Assembly: GCA_973851085.1 (NCBI GenBank)
Contig: OZ316775.1
Coordinates: 6,262,001 to 6,326,000 of the forward strand
Direction of reading: 5' to 3'
Length of the DNA: 64,000 nt
DNA from: Ptychomitrium polyphyllum
Lineage: Eukaryota
A program made the translations under genes and the position numbers. This document shows, one piece after another, positions 40,330-53,081 of the stretch. How positions within the stretch are numbered: position 1 is the stretch's first letter; each line of letters starts with the position of its first letter. The notes under the pieces were generated by a model, which did no database searches, was not told the origin of the DNA, and saw only the letters and a list, made by a program, of their open reading frames with translations.

Positions 40330-42245
40330 TTGATTTTTATTGCTGAAAACTTCTTTGAACAAAGGCAATTAGATGGAGCCTTCCATCTTTGTTATGTTGT
40401 GAGAATATTGAACAAAGCACAAAGTATGAGGCACTCGCTTTCAAATAAAAAGGTTTTGATGGATTTAGAAAGGTAAGGATTGGTGTCAACGTGAATGACT
40501 TCTTAAGGCCTTAAAATGCTTTGGCTGCATTTTCATTCGAAGTGAATTTTTGCTTCTGCATAAGCCTCATGAATGGTGCTGCAATCTTGGAAAAATCCTT
40601 AATAAGTATTATGTAGAAATTTAATAATTCCAATAAGCATTATACATCTTGAATTGGTCGTGGTGTATTCCGCTCTATGATACTACTTATTTTTATCTCA
40701 TCTAATTGGATTTATCTTTTCAAAATATTGTAGCTTAATCAATGTAACACTAGTGTTCAAACGAGTTTCATTAAATTTTTCATTATCTAATAATTTGATT
40801 TTAATAGGAAACATATAGGAAGAAGTAGAGTCAGAGGTAATAAGAGACCTTGATTTAATAGTTGTTTTTTTATGGTATCCAGTCACATGGTTCCTACTCT
40901 GATTGTACATCTTTGTTTTTTAATTCCACTATTGTATTCCAAGTCTTGAAAGCAAATCTTTTAATTTGACAATCTTGTATTTTATATCTGAACTTGTTAC
41001 AATACAACATAAGTTTCTTTTTCAACATCTTTTTTTCTCCTTTGAAATCAAACGTCTAAATTAGACAATATTCATTTGTATAGGTTCTGATTTTAGTGGT
41101 CGGCTTTCAAATACTTTTAAAGAAATGGTTGCCACACCTTGATGTATTAGTCTCCATTCAAGTATTGTTGTTTGTGTCTTTCAAATAATTTATTGTCACG
41201 TATTATTATTTAAGCAATAGGTTTGTCTAACATTACAATCCTTGGCATTGTCAATAGCAAATCCTTCACATTCTCTCTTAAGCTCCATTAAAGTCATGTG
41301 ACCATGGCCTTATCATTCCAATTAAGGTTGCAAGTTACTTGTCAAGACTCTACAACATATGTAGCAATCAGATGCTCTCTTTATTGTAAATTTTGGACTT
41401 TTGTTTGAGCCATTCATTTTCAATTGACATTTCTAAATGTAGATGTTAATGCTTCTATGAAAGCATTTAAGTTGTTCAATAAAAATGATTTCTTTTTTAT
41501 TAATGGTGCAAACAACAATAGTGTATTTTTTGATACAACAATGGTTACACACCTCACTTGAATAATATCAACAAGATAGGCTCTTTTTTAGTTTGCAGCG
41601 ATCCTACTTACTTATTGAACAAAGTCTCTCAACTTTGATTTTAATTTATAAAATTTGTCCGACATATTAAATTTTGGCTCTGCATAGTTTTGATATAAGA
41701 CTTCTTTTTTAATATTGGTCTCTCGCAATCAAAGAACTTCTTGATATAAACTTTGAATATGACATTGGATTCTTTAACAAAACAAATGTGGTGCTCTAAA
41801 TTGTTGGTGGTGTTAAAGCGAGCAAGCTCTATTTAAATTGTGTTTACTAATTTTTGAAGGTTTGCAATAGTTTAAAACTTGTACTTTGATGTTCTTGGCA
41901 TATTATCCATATTCAAACCAACAAACTTTATAATGAAAAAAAATAAAATAAAAAATAAAGAACTCTTTTGGAAGAAGGTGATCTACAACTTTTAAGGATC
42001 TTGTATATCTTCAAGAAGAAAATCCACAAATTTAAGACTATCAATATCTTCAAAAGAGGATATTCCACATCATTTGAAAGATTAATTCTTCTTCAAAAGA
42101 AGTAACACTTATTTTTAGAAGAATGAATCAACTTATGGTGTCATCTTAAAGAAGGATTATCCGCAACCTCCAAGACGCTTTAAAATCCTAAAGAAGATGG
42201 GAAATCCATTATTTTTTTCAAAGAAGCCTTAATTCTGATGAATAA
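40330..42245 (-). mobile_element. Internally deleted, decayed Ty3/Gypsy LTR retrotransposon (gag and RT-RNase H relics)
   Basis: 40345-40690 on minus reads LLNFYIILIKDFSKIAAPFMRLMQKQKF..AKAF*GLKKSFTLTPILTFLNPSKPFYLKASASYFVLCSIFSQHNKDGRLHLIAF, a typical Gypsy RT thumb/RNase H junction. It is adjacent to the LTR at 42245-42670. Confidence 0.85.
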
Positions 42246-42670
42246 TAATCTTGCCAAACTATTAGGAACACAAAAAACAAAAAATATACCCAAAATGGTT
42301 CTAAAGAATTAACTTCCAAAGAGCTAATGATTAATAAGAGTTAATACAAAGATTAAGGGTATAATACAATATAATCCACAACTTGTATTGACAAGACTAA
42401 GGTATACTTTGTCTTGCCTCCTATTTATACTACAACACTTGTATTTTTTATGGTAATTTTAAAGAAACTTCCTATGAAGCTTAAGAATGATTTAGAAGTC
42501 TATGGAACCATTGTAAGATATATTCCAAGGGAGTGGAACTTTCATAAGTAATTTCTCAAGGAATTAGAACGGCTATGAGAACATTGAAAATATTCTAAGA
42601 AGCTACTACAATGTACCATAAGGTCCTAAAAGGTTCTACAGATTATATTGCATGGTCTATGTCTATGATA
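42245..42670 (-). mobile_element. Gypsy-type LTR (5' LTR of the relic element)
   Basis: Its reverse complement aligns with 44084-44550 (shared tataaataggaggcaagacaa..caagttgtggattatattgtat core with a TATA box). It lies upstream of the gag/pol relics. Confidence 0.8.
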
Positions 42671-43066
42671 CTTGTTCCATTATCCTAATCTAGCTTATAA
42701 CATGTGAATTGTGTATACAACATATAAGATATTACTTTGGTTCCAACCAATTGTCTCAATCTTCTCAAATTATATTTCCTCAAATTACATAAGACAATGG
42801 CACATGTACAAAGATGTAGGAGAAGTTTATAATGTCCGAGTCGTCAAAGAAAAGAAAAAAGAAAATGTGAATTTATGACTGTTCATAGAGAATGGGGTGG
42901 GGTCGAGTGTTGAGGTACAGGGCAATCTGATACCCCCTGTTTTAGGGTACCCTATTTAGCGTAGTGAAAGGACTGAGGTCACAGTGCAAGCATTAATGAA
43001 GGCTGACCCGAAAAGCAGACGACCCAGTTTCCTAAGACAGGAAGGCATGCAGAGGAGCAACTTATC

Positions 43067-43184
43067 CAAGAGGGAGCACAAGAGGGAGCACAAGAGGGAG
43101 CACAAGAGGGAGCACAAGAGGGAGCCGAAGAGGGAGCCCAAGACGGAGCCCAAGACGGAGCCCAAAAGGAAGCCCAGGAGGGAG
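43067..43184. repeat. 12-bp minisatellite, (CAAGAGGGAGCA)-type, ~10 copies, within a GC-rich island (about 42890-43430)
   Basis: Four perfect caagagggagca units followed by progressively diverged units (caagagggagcc, gaagagggagcc, caagacggagcc x2, caaaaggaagcc, caggagggag). Confidence 0.95.
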
Positions 43185-44083
43185 GGAAAGTGGGTAAAAG
43201 TAGGTGGCACAAGGACAGAAGCACGCGCTTGGGGGCTCTTGTGGTCGGAGTGACCTGGTCATGACGTGATGGCCGCATACGTAATGGGGCCCTAATACCA
43301 CATCCTTCGTTCCCCTGCGCTCCCAAACGAAACAAGCCGTGCGCGTGGCCACAACTGGTTGCTCTGGCGGTGGACTGGCCTTCGCATAACGGTCCCCTCC
43401 AATCACAAAAAGTTTGACAAGTTGCAAACTCTGAGTTACAGTTTTTACCTTGATTTGGTGGAAAAGGTTGTTAGATTCATGTGTCCTCTTTAGACATTCA
43501 TCTCTCTGGAATATTTAATTCTTTTCTTTGGAGGTGGTTTCGTTTAGATGGAATATTCTTGTTTATTGCATCATTTCTTATGAGATCTTTTATGTAATAT
43601 TTTTGCATGTGGAGGTCCTACATTTGGTTTTGGTTTACACAACTTTATTTGTATTGTTTTAGGTTGTTTAAAGGTATTTTTGTATTAGATTTTTTGTGCT
43701 ATTTTGAATGTGTGGCTTCAATTTTAAGGAAGTGTATTTTATAGTATTTTGTTACAATGAATACATGAAATTTGCCTTTTGAATATTAGTCGAGCGTCTT
43801 TCTTTACCTTATGATTGTGGTGTGTTTTTGAATTCTTAATCATTTGAACAAGGGCCCTTGTTGCTTGAATATGTTGACAAAAGAGAGCTAATTTTATTGT
43901 GTATAATTCAATTTTATATAGGAGTTCTCAATATAATAATTTGATATAAGACTTCTCAATTAAATGTGTTGACTTGCAACATAATTCTCAAATATGGATC
44001 TATTTTACCTAGAAGATTAAATTATTTATTTGAGGGATTTTTGGAGACTTTTAATGGTCTTTAAGTTACAAAAATAGATTACT

Positions 44084-44550
44084 TGTCACGGACATAGATC
44101 ATGCAACAATTTTTAAAACCTTATGATATATTATAGTAACTTCTTAGAATACTTTTAATGTCTTCGTACCACGTCCTTGGAAAACTTCCTAAGAAGGTTC
44201 TACCACCTTAGGAAACTTCTAAGGAAGGTTCCAATTCCTTAGAAGCTTCTTAAGAAGGTTCCAACATCTTGGAAAACTTCTTAGGAAGATTCCATAGATT
44301 TCTATAACATTCTTAAGCCTTATAGGAAGCTTCTTTAGAAGTATCATAGGAGATACAAGCGTCATAGTATAAATAGGAGGCAAGACAAGGTATTCTTTAA
44401 TCTTGCCAACACAAGTTGTGGATTATATTGTATCCTGCCTTGTTCAAGTCTTTGTATTAGTTCTTGTTAGTCATTAGTTATTTGGAAACTAATTCTTTAA
44501 AAACACTTTGTCTTTGTTTCTTGTTTCTTGTGCCCCTAATATTACTTGAT
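44084..44550 (+). mobile_element. Solo Gypsy-type LTR of the same family, inverted relative to 42245-42670
   Basis: Begins TGTCACGGACATAGATCATG. Contains ~30-bp degenerate internal repeats (gaaacttc.taagaaggttc) and a TATAAATAGGAGG box. No adjacent internal domain was seen. Confidence 0.8.
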
Positions 44551-47386
44551 GTAGTATTAATTATGGTTGAAAGACGTTTTGTGAAAATTCATCAATTGGT
44601 GTCTTTTACCTCATGGATTTAATAAAAATACTTTGAACTTTCTTTCATCTCTATATGGGGTCTTTGTTGTCACTTCAAGTTCAAACTTATATTACAAAAT
44701 CTCATTTTTGGCATAAATGTCTTCAACCAATAGCTTGTATTTTAATTATAATCTTAAATTTTGGTTTTATTTTTGACATTTATTAATATCTATCAAAGTG
44801 TTAAAATTTAATCATTTAGATATCAACAAGTGGTAGTTTCTCAAAGATTCAAATTGTCTTTGTAATATATATATAGATAATAGAAGATAATTGTAATCAA
44901 TGCTAATGAAGCGCTAATGTATATAATAATCAAGTGAATTTGTAATTAGAAGAATAATTTTAGACTCAAACTAAAATGGTCTAATTGAAAAAACATTTTT
45001 TTTACATTCGTTTTATCTTTGTCCAAGTCAACAAAAAAAATGTCCAACGAAAGAACAACTATTTGTTAAAAAAATGCTTTATAATGGCCATTTTGGATCC
45101 TATCACCATAATTGAATTCTACTTTGACTTCCAACAATTTGCTAAGAAGTGAATTGTAAATTCAAAAATTGTGTTCATATTAAAATATAATGTCTTTTAA
45201 AAATGGAGATCTCATAGAAATTGCTTTGTTTCAAATTTGAATCTCTGTTTATGCCAAATTGTTTAAAACAATGGTTGTGATGAATAGTTTTTACCACATA
45301 CTACTAAGGTTAGAAGAAAACCTCCACCTTTGATTATGGTTAATATTATAGTGTTCTTAATGTTGAGAAGAAAAAGGGAAACTTTGATTTGGAAGGACAG
45401 TTGTAAATGGAACATTTTTTTTGTTACACATGTTAACCCACCAATGCCCACCTGTACATGTTGTATACTTTGTGAAGATATCTAGTATGAAATATGTTTC
45501 TTCAACTGATTTAGCCTTTCCCTTTCATGTAATTTTCCTCCAGTTCTGTGCTTATAATTTTAGTGGGTATAATACTTTCAGAGTAAGTGAACTACTGATG
45601 TGTTGCAGATCTTACAGTTACATAGATTTGTGCCCCACTAAATAGAAGTATTAGAAGTCTCCAAGGAACAAAACAAAATGTTGTTCAAATGCAGTAGGTA
45701 CTTGAGGTGACCATCATTAGACGAGGAGAAGATCACATAAAATAGGTATGAAATATTCTAAACTTGGATTATGATGACAAAATCACCAACCATTACAAGC
45801 ATGTTATTCTATGGAGTTTGAAGAGTGTCATTAAATCTTTGAAACTGACTAGATTTGACCCAACAAATGTGAAATTTTCTGAGATTGTCTTCAACTTTTA
45901 GTTTGCCTTCAATATGACTTGTACACTTGTACCATATTCAACTTCCATATGATAATGGTACATGAAGATATTATGGAAGTTCACAGTATCAAAGTCATCA
46001 AAAACTGAGAATATAGTAATACTTGTGAAAAATGATGTGAAATGTCAAGATTATCTGAAGCAATCTAACACCCCTATTTAGTAAGCATGGGTGCACATGT
46101 GTGGGGTCGTCTGGCAGTGGTAAATACTCTGGGACAAAAACATGTAGCTACAAATAACTGTGATCCGTTTTAGTGACACTTGTGCAACCAACTCACAAAA
46201 TAGAATCCTAAAATAATGGTTTCAGCATATACAAGGAGCAACGCAGATTCTAATTGTTGGTGACTGACTAGTGTGGCCCGTACTTTAGTACATGGGTGCC
46301 AAACAAACATGCGCGGTGGATGAGCATGCAGCAACTTGCCACCGTACTGGTCTGGGAGGCCTTGTTCTGCATAGCCTTGCTCGTCATGGCTTTCCTGACC
46401 TGCAAGATGCCACTCAGAGCCATACCTGGAGCTGTGGGCTTAGTACCACAAGCATCTCTTTGGAAATTCAAGTACATATGTACATTCACCACATTCGTAC
46501 TAGCATGTTTGTATGTTAGTCAGAGACCTTGCCACAACCAAGGATTGTACAAACGAGAGCTCTTTAAAATTTGTTGAATTAATGCTTTTTATAAAAAATA
46601 ATGTAGACTATTTATGATTTTTGTACGTGGAACAATGGATGATAATACAAAGACTTCATGTTTTTAACTATCATTGTAAATTGGTGCTTTAATTTAGGAA
46701 GGAGTTCTAATAATAAAACATATGTGGATCTTGATAAATGAAAGAAAAACATTGGTTAAACGGAATGGAAGTCACATATGCAAATTTTTGGGAAATAGGT
46801 TTTTAGAGCATAAAGTACAAAATTATAATAATAGATAAAGCCTACATTTCACTCAAATGCTAGTAGAAGCAATTTATTTTGCCTAGCACACAAGTGAGCA
46901 TTTGGAATGAAGAAGTTTAGCATTGGTAGATTAATGTGGGTGGGAATGAGTTGAAAACAAAAACTTTTAGCATAAGGAAAATTTTGGGATATTATGGCAA
47001 AAATATCACATTGGTAAACCCATGTTTACTGAGTCAATGGCTTCAATTTTATACTTCCAATGTTTATACATATTGATAAGTATAATATTAATATTACATC
47101 TTTGATTGGGCTAATTGTTATAATTTTTTTATCTCAATCTAAATGCTAAATTAAGAATTATAACAAACAAACTAGCTTGCTTGAGATTATTAGTGATTGA
47201 TTAATATTAATTTTTTTTCAAGGTCAAAATGAATGATGTTTTCAAAAATACCAACGAGGCCAATTAAAAAAAACACTCTCTACATTCAAAGAGTATATAG
47301 ATATTACATTCATTACAAACAAGAAAAAAATGTCACAAACCAATGTAATAATTTGATGAACACAACATTGGTTTGTTAAAAATAAT

Positions 47387-47704
47387 ACTCAACCTCAACC
47401 TCAACCTCAACCTCAAACCCTAACTCAACCCTAAATACTCAACCTAAAACTTCATCATCATGATTGCATGTATAACTTTTTAAAACAAAAAAAGATTGAA
47501 TGAATCACATGTATGTCAAAGCACCAACACAAATGATACTCTAGGAAAATAGTTGAGTTGGAACATCAGCTATGGAGCCAATGGCTGACAGCCTGTGTAG
47601 GACAGTGCAATTCAAAATGGTCATCATTATCAAGATAGTGCTGCAGCATGACACAGCCACATCCGGCTTGAATTAGGGTTTGAATTAGGGTTGAATTAGG
47701 GTTT
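47387..47704. repeat. Degenerate telomere-like short tandem repeats
   Basis: (CTCAAC)4 grading into aaaccctaa/aaccctaaa at 47387-47436, and (GAATTAGGGTT[T])3 at 47670-47704 on the opposite strand. Confidence 0.6.
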
Positions 47705-47845
47705 GACCATCGATGAGTATCATTGTCTTCCAACTTCGAAAGAAAACCAAAACCATACTCAGTCCTACTTCACGTTCAGCAAATTTTGGGATACTGACCA
47801 CTACGGCTTGGTATGCCGAAGAGAGTTGTCAATGACGAGAGGCTT

Positions 47846-50800
47846 TCAGGATGCACTAAGACATTCTTCAAAATCAAGATCAGGACCAAGCTTCTTGCCC
47901 TTGCTCCTTGCTAAGTCCACTAGATAATCAGTGATCAACAACTCATAGTCTGGCAACTTGCCATAACCTGCAGGAAGGCAAATAATCGTAAGACAAGAAC
48001 TACATAGAAATAAACAGTCAAGATTCATGTTGGTCAAATGCATTGTCAATACCTCAATTTCTGTTAATCTCTAAAGACAATCATGTTTATATATAATTGT
48101 AAACCCTATAATTATAAAAGTCAAGAGAAGAGGCCCTAAATTACGAACATCAGGAGAGACAAAGGGTGCACAATCATATATGATTCTAACAACTTCCATC
48201 TTGAAACAACAATATGATATTATGGCATCTAATGCGTACGTGTTCAAAAAAGTAAGGCAGCTGTAAAATTAAGGAAAGGAACCCAATATCACATACCAGG
48301 AAAATAATTGATGTCTATGACATAGTAACAATGTCCGGCACCTCCTTCTCGGATCATATCAAAGTTGAAGAGTGACAAACCCTAGCAAAAGCAACAAGAA
48401 CCCAAATCTTGATTCAACCGAACCTCTCGTTCTTGAAGACCAACAAGGCATCACCCACAGAAGAATGGGTGATTATAAACCGTTTGGCTATTCAAAGTCC
48501 TGTATAAATGCAAAAGGTTCCTCATACTTCTGCTCCTAACACTAAGTCTCAACTAGGTTCCGCCATTACAATATATTGTGACGTGGCTCATTGTTCAGCA
48601 TGCGGCAAGCTTTCTGGGACATGGCAGGTTCCTAGAAAGAAGTGAACCATCAAGTGCCAAAGTGATTCTACTCAATTGCTTGAAATTCAAAAATTTGCAC
48701 AGCTCAACCTTCAATATGTCAAACTACGGATTGAATGTCTACTCTGCTGCTGGCAACCGTTGGACTGACAAGGTTCAGAAAATGTCTTAAAAAGTTAATT
48801 TGTTGAAAGTCTTACCAGCCTGGTACGAAGCTCTGTCACAAGGCACTCCAGGAGCCGCTGAGGTGGCAACTCTGCATCCCACAATAATCCAGCATAATCT
48901 CAGGTTCAAGAGTGGTTTGCAAACAATGTTACAAGATAATGGATAACTGAAGAGTAAGTCAAGACAATATGTGATCACAGATATAGGTCAATTAGAACCA
49001 CTTTCCGAATGCAGGCAGATCTCTAGAAGTTAAGAGTAAGACCACTACCTGCGACCTCCGGGTCCAGGTCAGCCTCTTCAACTGTAGCTGCGGCGGAAGA
49101 CACCCTTGGAAATGACTTCACTCCAAAACTTACTTGGTCCCCTTTGCCTAGGTCAGGTAAGGAATACCTTCGTACTACCTTGATAGCATCACCGACAACA
49201 TACACTTTGAACAGTACACCACCTGTGCAGGTACTTGGAATACTGAGTACAAAACCATGTGGAACGACACCACAAATAAAAAAAACAGCTCTAAAGTACA
49301 CCATTTCTGGTAAATATGTTCTTCAGCCAAAATCAGACCTATACTACTGGTAACAAGAAATAACAGAATCTATGTTCTGAAAACGATGCACAAAAACCGT
49401 CCACTATAAAGAAGAACGCTCGATAAGGTAAATGAGTAAGCTAGTAAGAAAGCTCTCTGTACTTACCATGATTCACAAATTCTTGAAGAACGAGAGGGGT
49501 GTCGAGGGAAGAGAGCCCGAAACGGTCATATGCGAGTGCCATGGCATGTGATTTGGCAGAACCATCCGCTACCAGTGGCTTTACAACTGCAAAAAGAATG
49601 CGACAAATAATTATCAACGACTAAATACTAACTCTAGAGATTCCATCCCAACTCCAGTGCAATTCATTGCCTGCTCTTGCCCCGCAGAATAAAGTGCTCT
49701 CGCCATGACTCCTCTACATAGCACAAGACGATACAACGAGAGCGATTGAATTGACAACAGAGAAGGAAAGATTATGTGCAATTATTTTAACGGAGTATAG
49801 GATTTAACTACCGACCTTAGATCGACACATCAGTATGCAGTTTAGTGAAATGCCCCGGAACGTGATCAATGCAATTCCTCTGAATCGAAAGGGAGAAAAG
49901 ACAGCTTACCCAACGGAAGCCTCAATCCTGCTTCGGCGACAGAGATTGGAATGCAGGACGAATCACCCAAGACCACGAGCTGCTTAGGGACCCGTACTTG
50001 ACCTACAATGAACACAAGAAATAAGAACAACACACAGATTGCACATTGACATTCACATGTACACCTGCTTTGAAATGCAGATTCCCCTCGCTTTTTAAAT
50101 ATAGGCCCTACCATGTTGTCCGTCAACACACTGCATAATTGAAAATTTAGGAACGTTTCCTCATATCAATGTAATGCAATAATACACATGATCTCGCTGC
50201 AAAAACTTGTCTCAGTGAAATTGGCAGTTGGACCAAATCACAGTAGTTTGCAAGTAGGAGTAGATACTACCATCGCAATCAGTGAGCTTCAAATCTGCTA
50301 CATCTTGTAACATAGATTGGCGATTTCTGAGCTGCTGAATTGCAGCTGGTGGGTCTAAAACAGTCACATCTGGGAATTTCTGCACATAATCCTGCAGAGC
50401 CAACAGCTTTACAATCTCGGCCAGACATGAAGACGAACAATACGACATCTACTGTAGAACGATGTGCGAAGGAGTCTAGAGCTGGGCTTTCGGTTCGAGG
50501 ATCGGTTATGTGATGGAAAAAGGCACTCTTGCTATTCAGTTTTCTAAGGGACGATAGGGCTTTGATATGACATAATATTCTTATGTTGTAAGACATTGAC
50601 AAAGGGGCTTCAGCTTTGCCTGCCAGTCCACAAGGAACACTCTCTTCCTATGTTTGCCTCACCTCCAGCTCTTGCCGCCACTCCTTTCCTGTCAACTGTT
50701 TCATCAGACACAACACCCACGAACAATGAGTAATAACACCAGAGCACCAAAATGACACACGCTTGCAATTTAGGAGCAGATTGAAACCAGATACATGATA

Positions 50801-51888
50801 CATGAACCATGACAAGCACCTTTTAGAGCTCAACAGCATATGCCATTCTCCAGGCAGTTCCGCCAACAAGCACAGCTTCATGTCTGGACAATTTAAATAT
50901 GAAAATGAACACCCTCGGACATGGAGACTTTTTTGCAGATCATATGCAATGGAGTATGCAGCATTAGAGAGAGATACAAGGACATACTCAAAGTCTTAAA
51001 GTTCACACGAGCAAGGAGATCAGGAATGGATAATTTTCTGAAAATTTTGTTCATACACTGACCATTATCTAGAAAAAAAGAAAGAGAGTCTGACCTAAAA
51101 TAGAGGAAAACATAATACAAGAAACAGATCAAAAAAGAAAAACAGTCTTCAAGGGAACCATGCATAAAAAATCTACCTTGTGAAGAATGGCGTCGTAAGG
51201 CCCCTGCTCAATAAGAGATCTACTGCGATCAAGAGCCACAAATGTAATTCCCCTCGACCTGTTCACAGGTTAGGGGAAAAAAACTGAGCAACATTCCAAT
51301 GGTATCTATCAGAGTTATCCAAAGAACTAACAGAATAGAACAGAATATTAGAACGGCAACTATTTGCGAAGTAGACCAGAACTCGTCACCTGTTAACACT
51401 TTCAGATCTCACAATGATCTCTAAAAGCCTAACTGCACATAGGCATCACGGTAAGTCTGCTCGCATGAGCAGCTATCAGGAGTCTAATTATGATTGACCA
51501 GTTGGCCTCACTCAACACTTGAAACTTCTTATACCATCATGCAGGTGCATACGTAAGTAGCGCTAGATCGTCTTGCTCATGCTAATTTTTTAACTACACA
51601 GAAATAGGCATGGAAGGACAAGTTTCACTAAAGGCTAAAGTCAATGTAGAATTAGGTCTGCTGTACGATGGTTAAATAAATGTTGGTCGTAATGTGCTCT
51701 ACAAAGCTTTGAACACTGCTTGTTGCGAGGGCAATAAACATAGAAACTTCCTCCGACCATAAGTCTCATAAGAAGATAGAGGAATGTATGTATAAGAACC
51801 TGGCATGGGACTCCAACTTTGGCTGCATAAAACTCCTGGTCTTCTTTGCCGTCAAGGCATAACCTACGGTGAATCGTGGGGAAGGCAT
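47846..51888 (-). CDS. ITPK: Inositol-tetrakisphosphate 1-kinase / inositol 1,3,4-trisphosphate 5/6-kinase (ATP-grasp), about 10 coding exons
   Basis: [30 protein letters not shown] (51888-~51800); [111 protein letters not shown]. Confidence 0.95.
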
Positions 51889-53033
51889 CTTTGCGATTCT
51901 TACACATCCCCGCTGAGGACGCTCCTTTCAATGTCCCCTCTGTCTAGAACACTTCCGCTTTCTCAACTCGCTACTTCAATTTGGACACCCACCCTCTGCC
52001 AACACATCCAGCAAGAAGAATTTCTGCAACCCATCACTTTGCAACACATGAAGCAGAAACTTTGCAAAACCTTTCCACGAGGAAGAATTTCGAAATTCTC
52101 CTCACTCCCACTTCTATACAGTGGACCCAGAAACTACTCTTCCTCGAACGCCACAAAATCTATTTAGACGGAGATCAACAGTCACTCACTGTAAAGAAGG
52201 CTCTCTGATTCCAGGCCAGTGTATCGAAGGCATAAATAGAAAATGACACCATTGGCAATATTAGCATATAATCCAGCCACTCCACATCCATCAACCGAGA
52301 ATTGGAAAAAAGTCAAAACTTCAACAAACGCTCAGAAAACAATGGAAGCGGGGTAAGAAATTGAGGCGCCAGCTTATATTTAAACACGACACTCAGCACG
52401 TTCAAAGCCTGCTGATGGATAATTTCCGCAGAAAACTGCACAAGATAACTCAAACCCGCAAAGCTCTCACCTTCTCGGCCAACAGATTTGTTGGTTGGAT
52501 GGTTGCTGAGGGTTATTCGTCAACAGAAAGTGCGAGTGGCTCACAAGAGTCCTCCAAGCTCCAGCGCTCAGAAAATTTCCATATACCACAGAAAAACTGC
52601 CACCTTTGGAAGGCTCTCCCACATTTCACTACGAATATCCGAGTTTTCACGAACATTCCCACTCCTCACAACTCGTTTCCCTCACGGATGCTCCCTCACA
52701 CCCAAAAAAGATGCTCTGCTCTGCTCTGCTCTCACCTGCTGTACATCCCATCTCTCCCCTACAAACACCAATCCACTGTCTTGCTATCTCACTATCTCTC
52801 ACACTCCTCAAACAATCTTCCCACCAAACCCTCCCCACTCACTCCTCAACTACCAATCCATCAACTCTCCCAAGAGATTCACACCGAACTCCCACCTCTC
52901 AGATAACAAAAACGATCTTCAGAATGCGCCTCCGACCCTCATAAAAGGCTCCTCATGGCCACAATGACGTTAAACTCACACCCAAGATCTGTGCACACAA
53001 TGCCTAGTTTCTTAATAGAAAGTGAGAGACTCG

Positions 53034-53036
<3 letters not shown>

Positions 53037-53078
<42 letters not shown>
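53037..53078. repeat. (CT)21 microsatellite / GAGA element in the divergent ITPK-sirtuin promoter region
   Basis: Perfect CT dinucleotide run between two head-to-head genes. Confidence 0.95.

Positions 53079-53081
<3 letters not shown>

Larger units (their letters stand above)
20166..46520 (+). pseudogene. Highly degenerate dynein heavy chain-like gene or pseudogene (linker through C-terminal domain), fragmented across an AT-rich block
   Basis: Colinear peptide fragments matching remembered DHC consensus: ~20250 HKVEEINARSSCWCGHIRSEEEWKSW; ~22110 KFVHIQGFKMSPLLHKWQV..NILLVFMETKEHRQILDV (DHC_N2); ~23310 CNIFPR; ~23630 FLQCTGGMSRLV; ~25528 NEITDLTDLSNLVSDEFRSTTRRVICNLLKIQV; ~28411 YESETFSNDNIIAQIQTAFKVY (AAA1 end); ~28930 KTWIVC (AAA2); ~30410 RVLQPTVTT/HDKPLLSNSLTGCIDTTSIV (AAA3); ~33610 ARVMVPFTLARLVLVSGIG (AAA4); ~34930 IIHLLDVDSLHWP; ~37150 LEEYQRA*STLV..NERKW (stalk end); ~37950 NPKLCVLV..PSIINL (AAA5); ~46345 GLGGLV (C-terminal domain). 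In-frame stops (e.g. TAA 22300-22302) and frameshifts are present. Confidence 0.7.

Noticed and set aside
43067..43184. CRISPR-like array
   Set aside because: Contiguous tandem units with no spacers, in a eukaryotic context with no cas genes.
42956..43427. ORFs of 84-121 aa in several frames
   Set aside because: Frames are held open by the 12-bp minisatellite; there is no domain evidence.
20166..47700. Endogenous giant-virus insertion as an explanation for the AT-rich block
   Set aside because: No viral hallmark genes recognised; the content is explained by dynein-like exons plus TE relics.
52361..52967. 181-aa and 159-aa + strand ORFs
   Set aside because: Non-ATG starts and low complexity; antisense to the purine-rich ITPK 5' leader.
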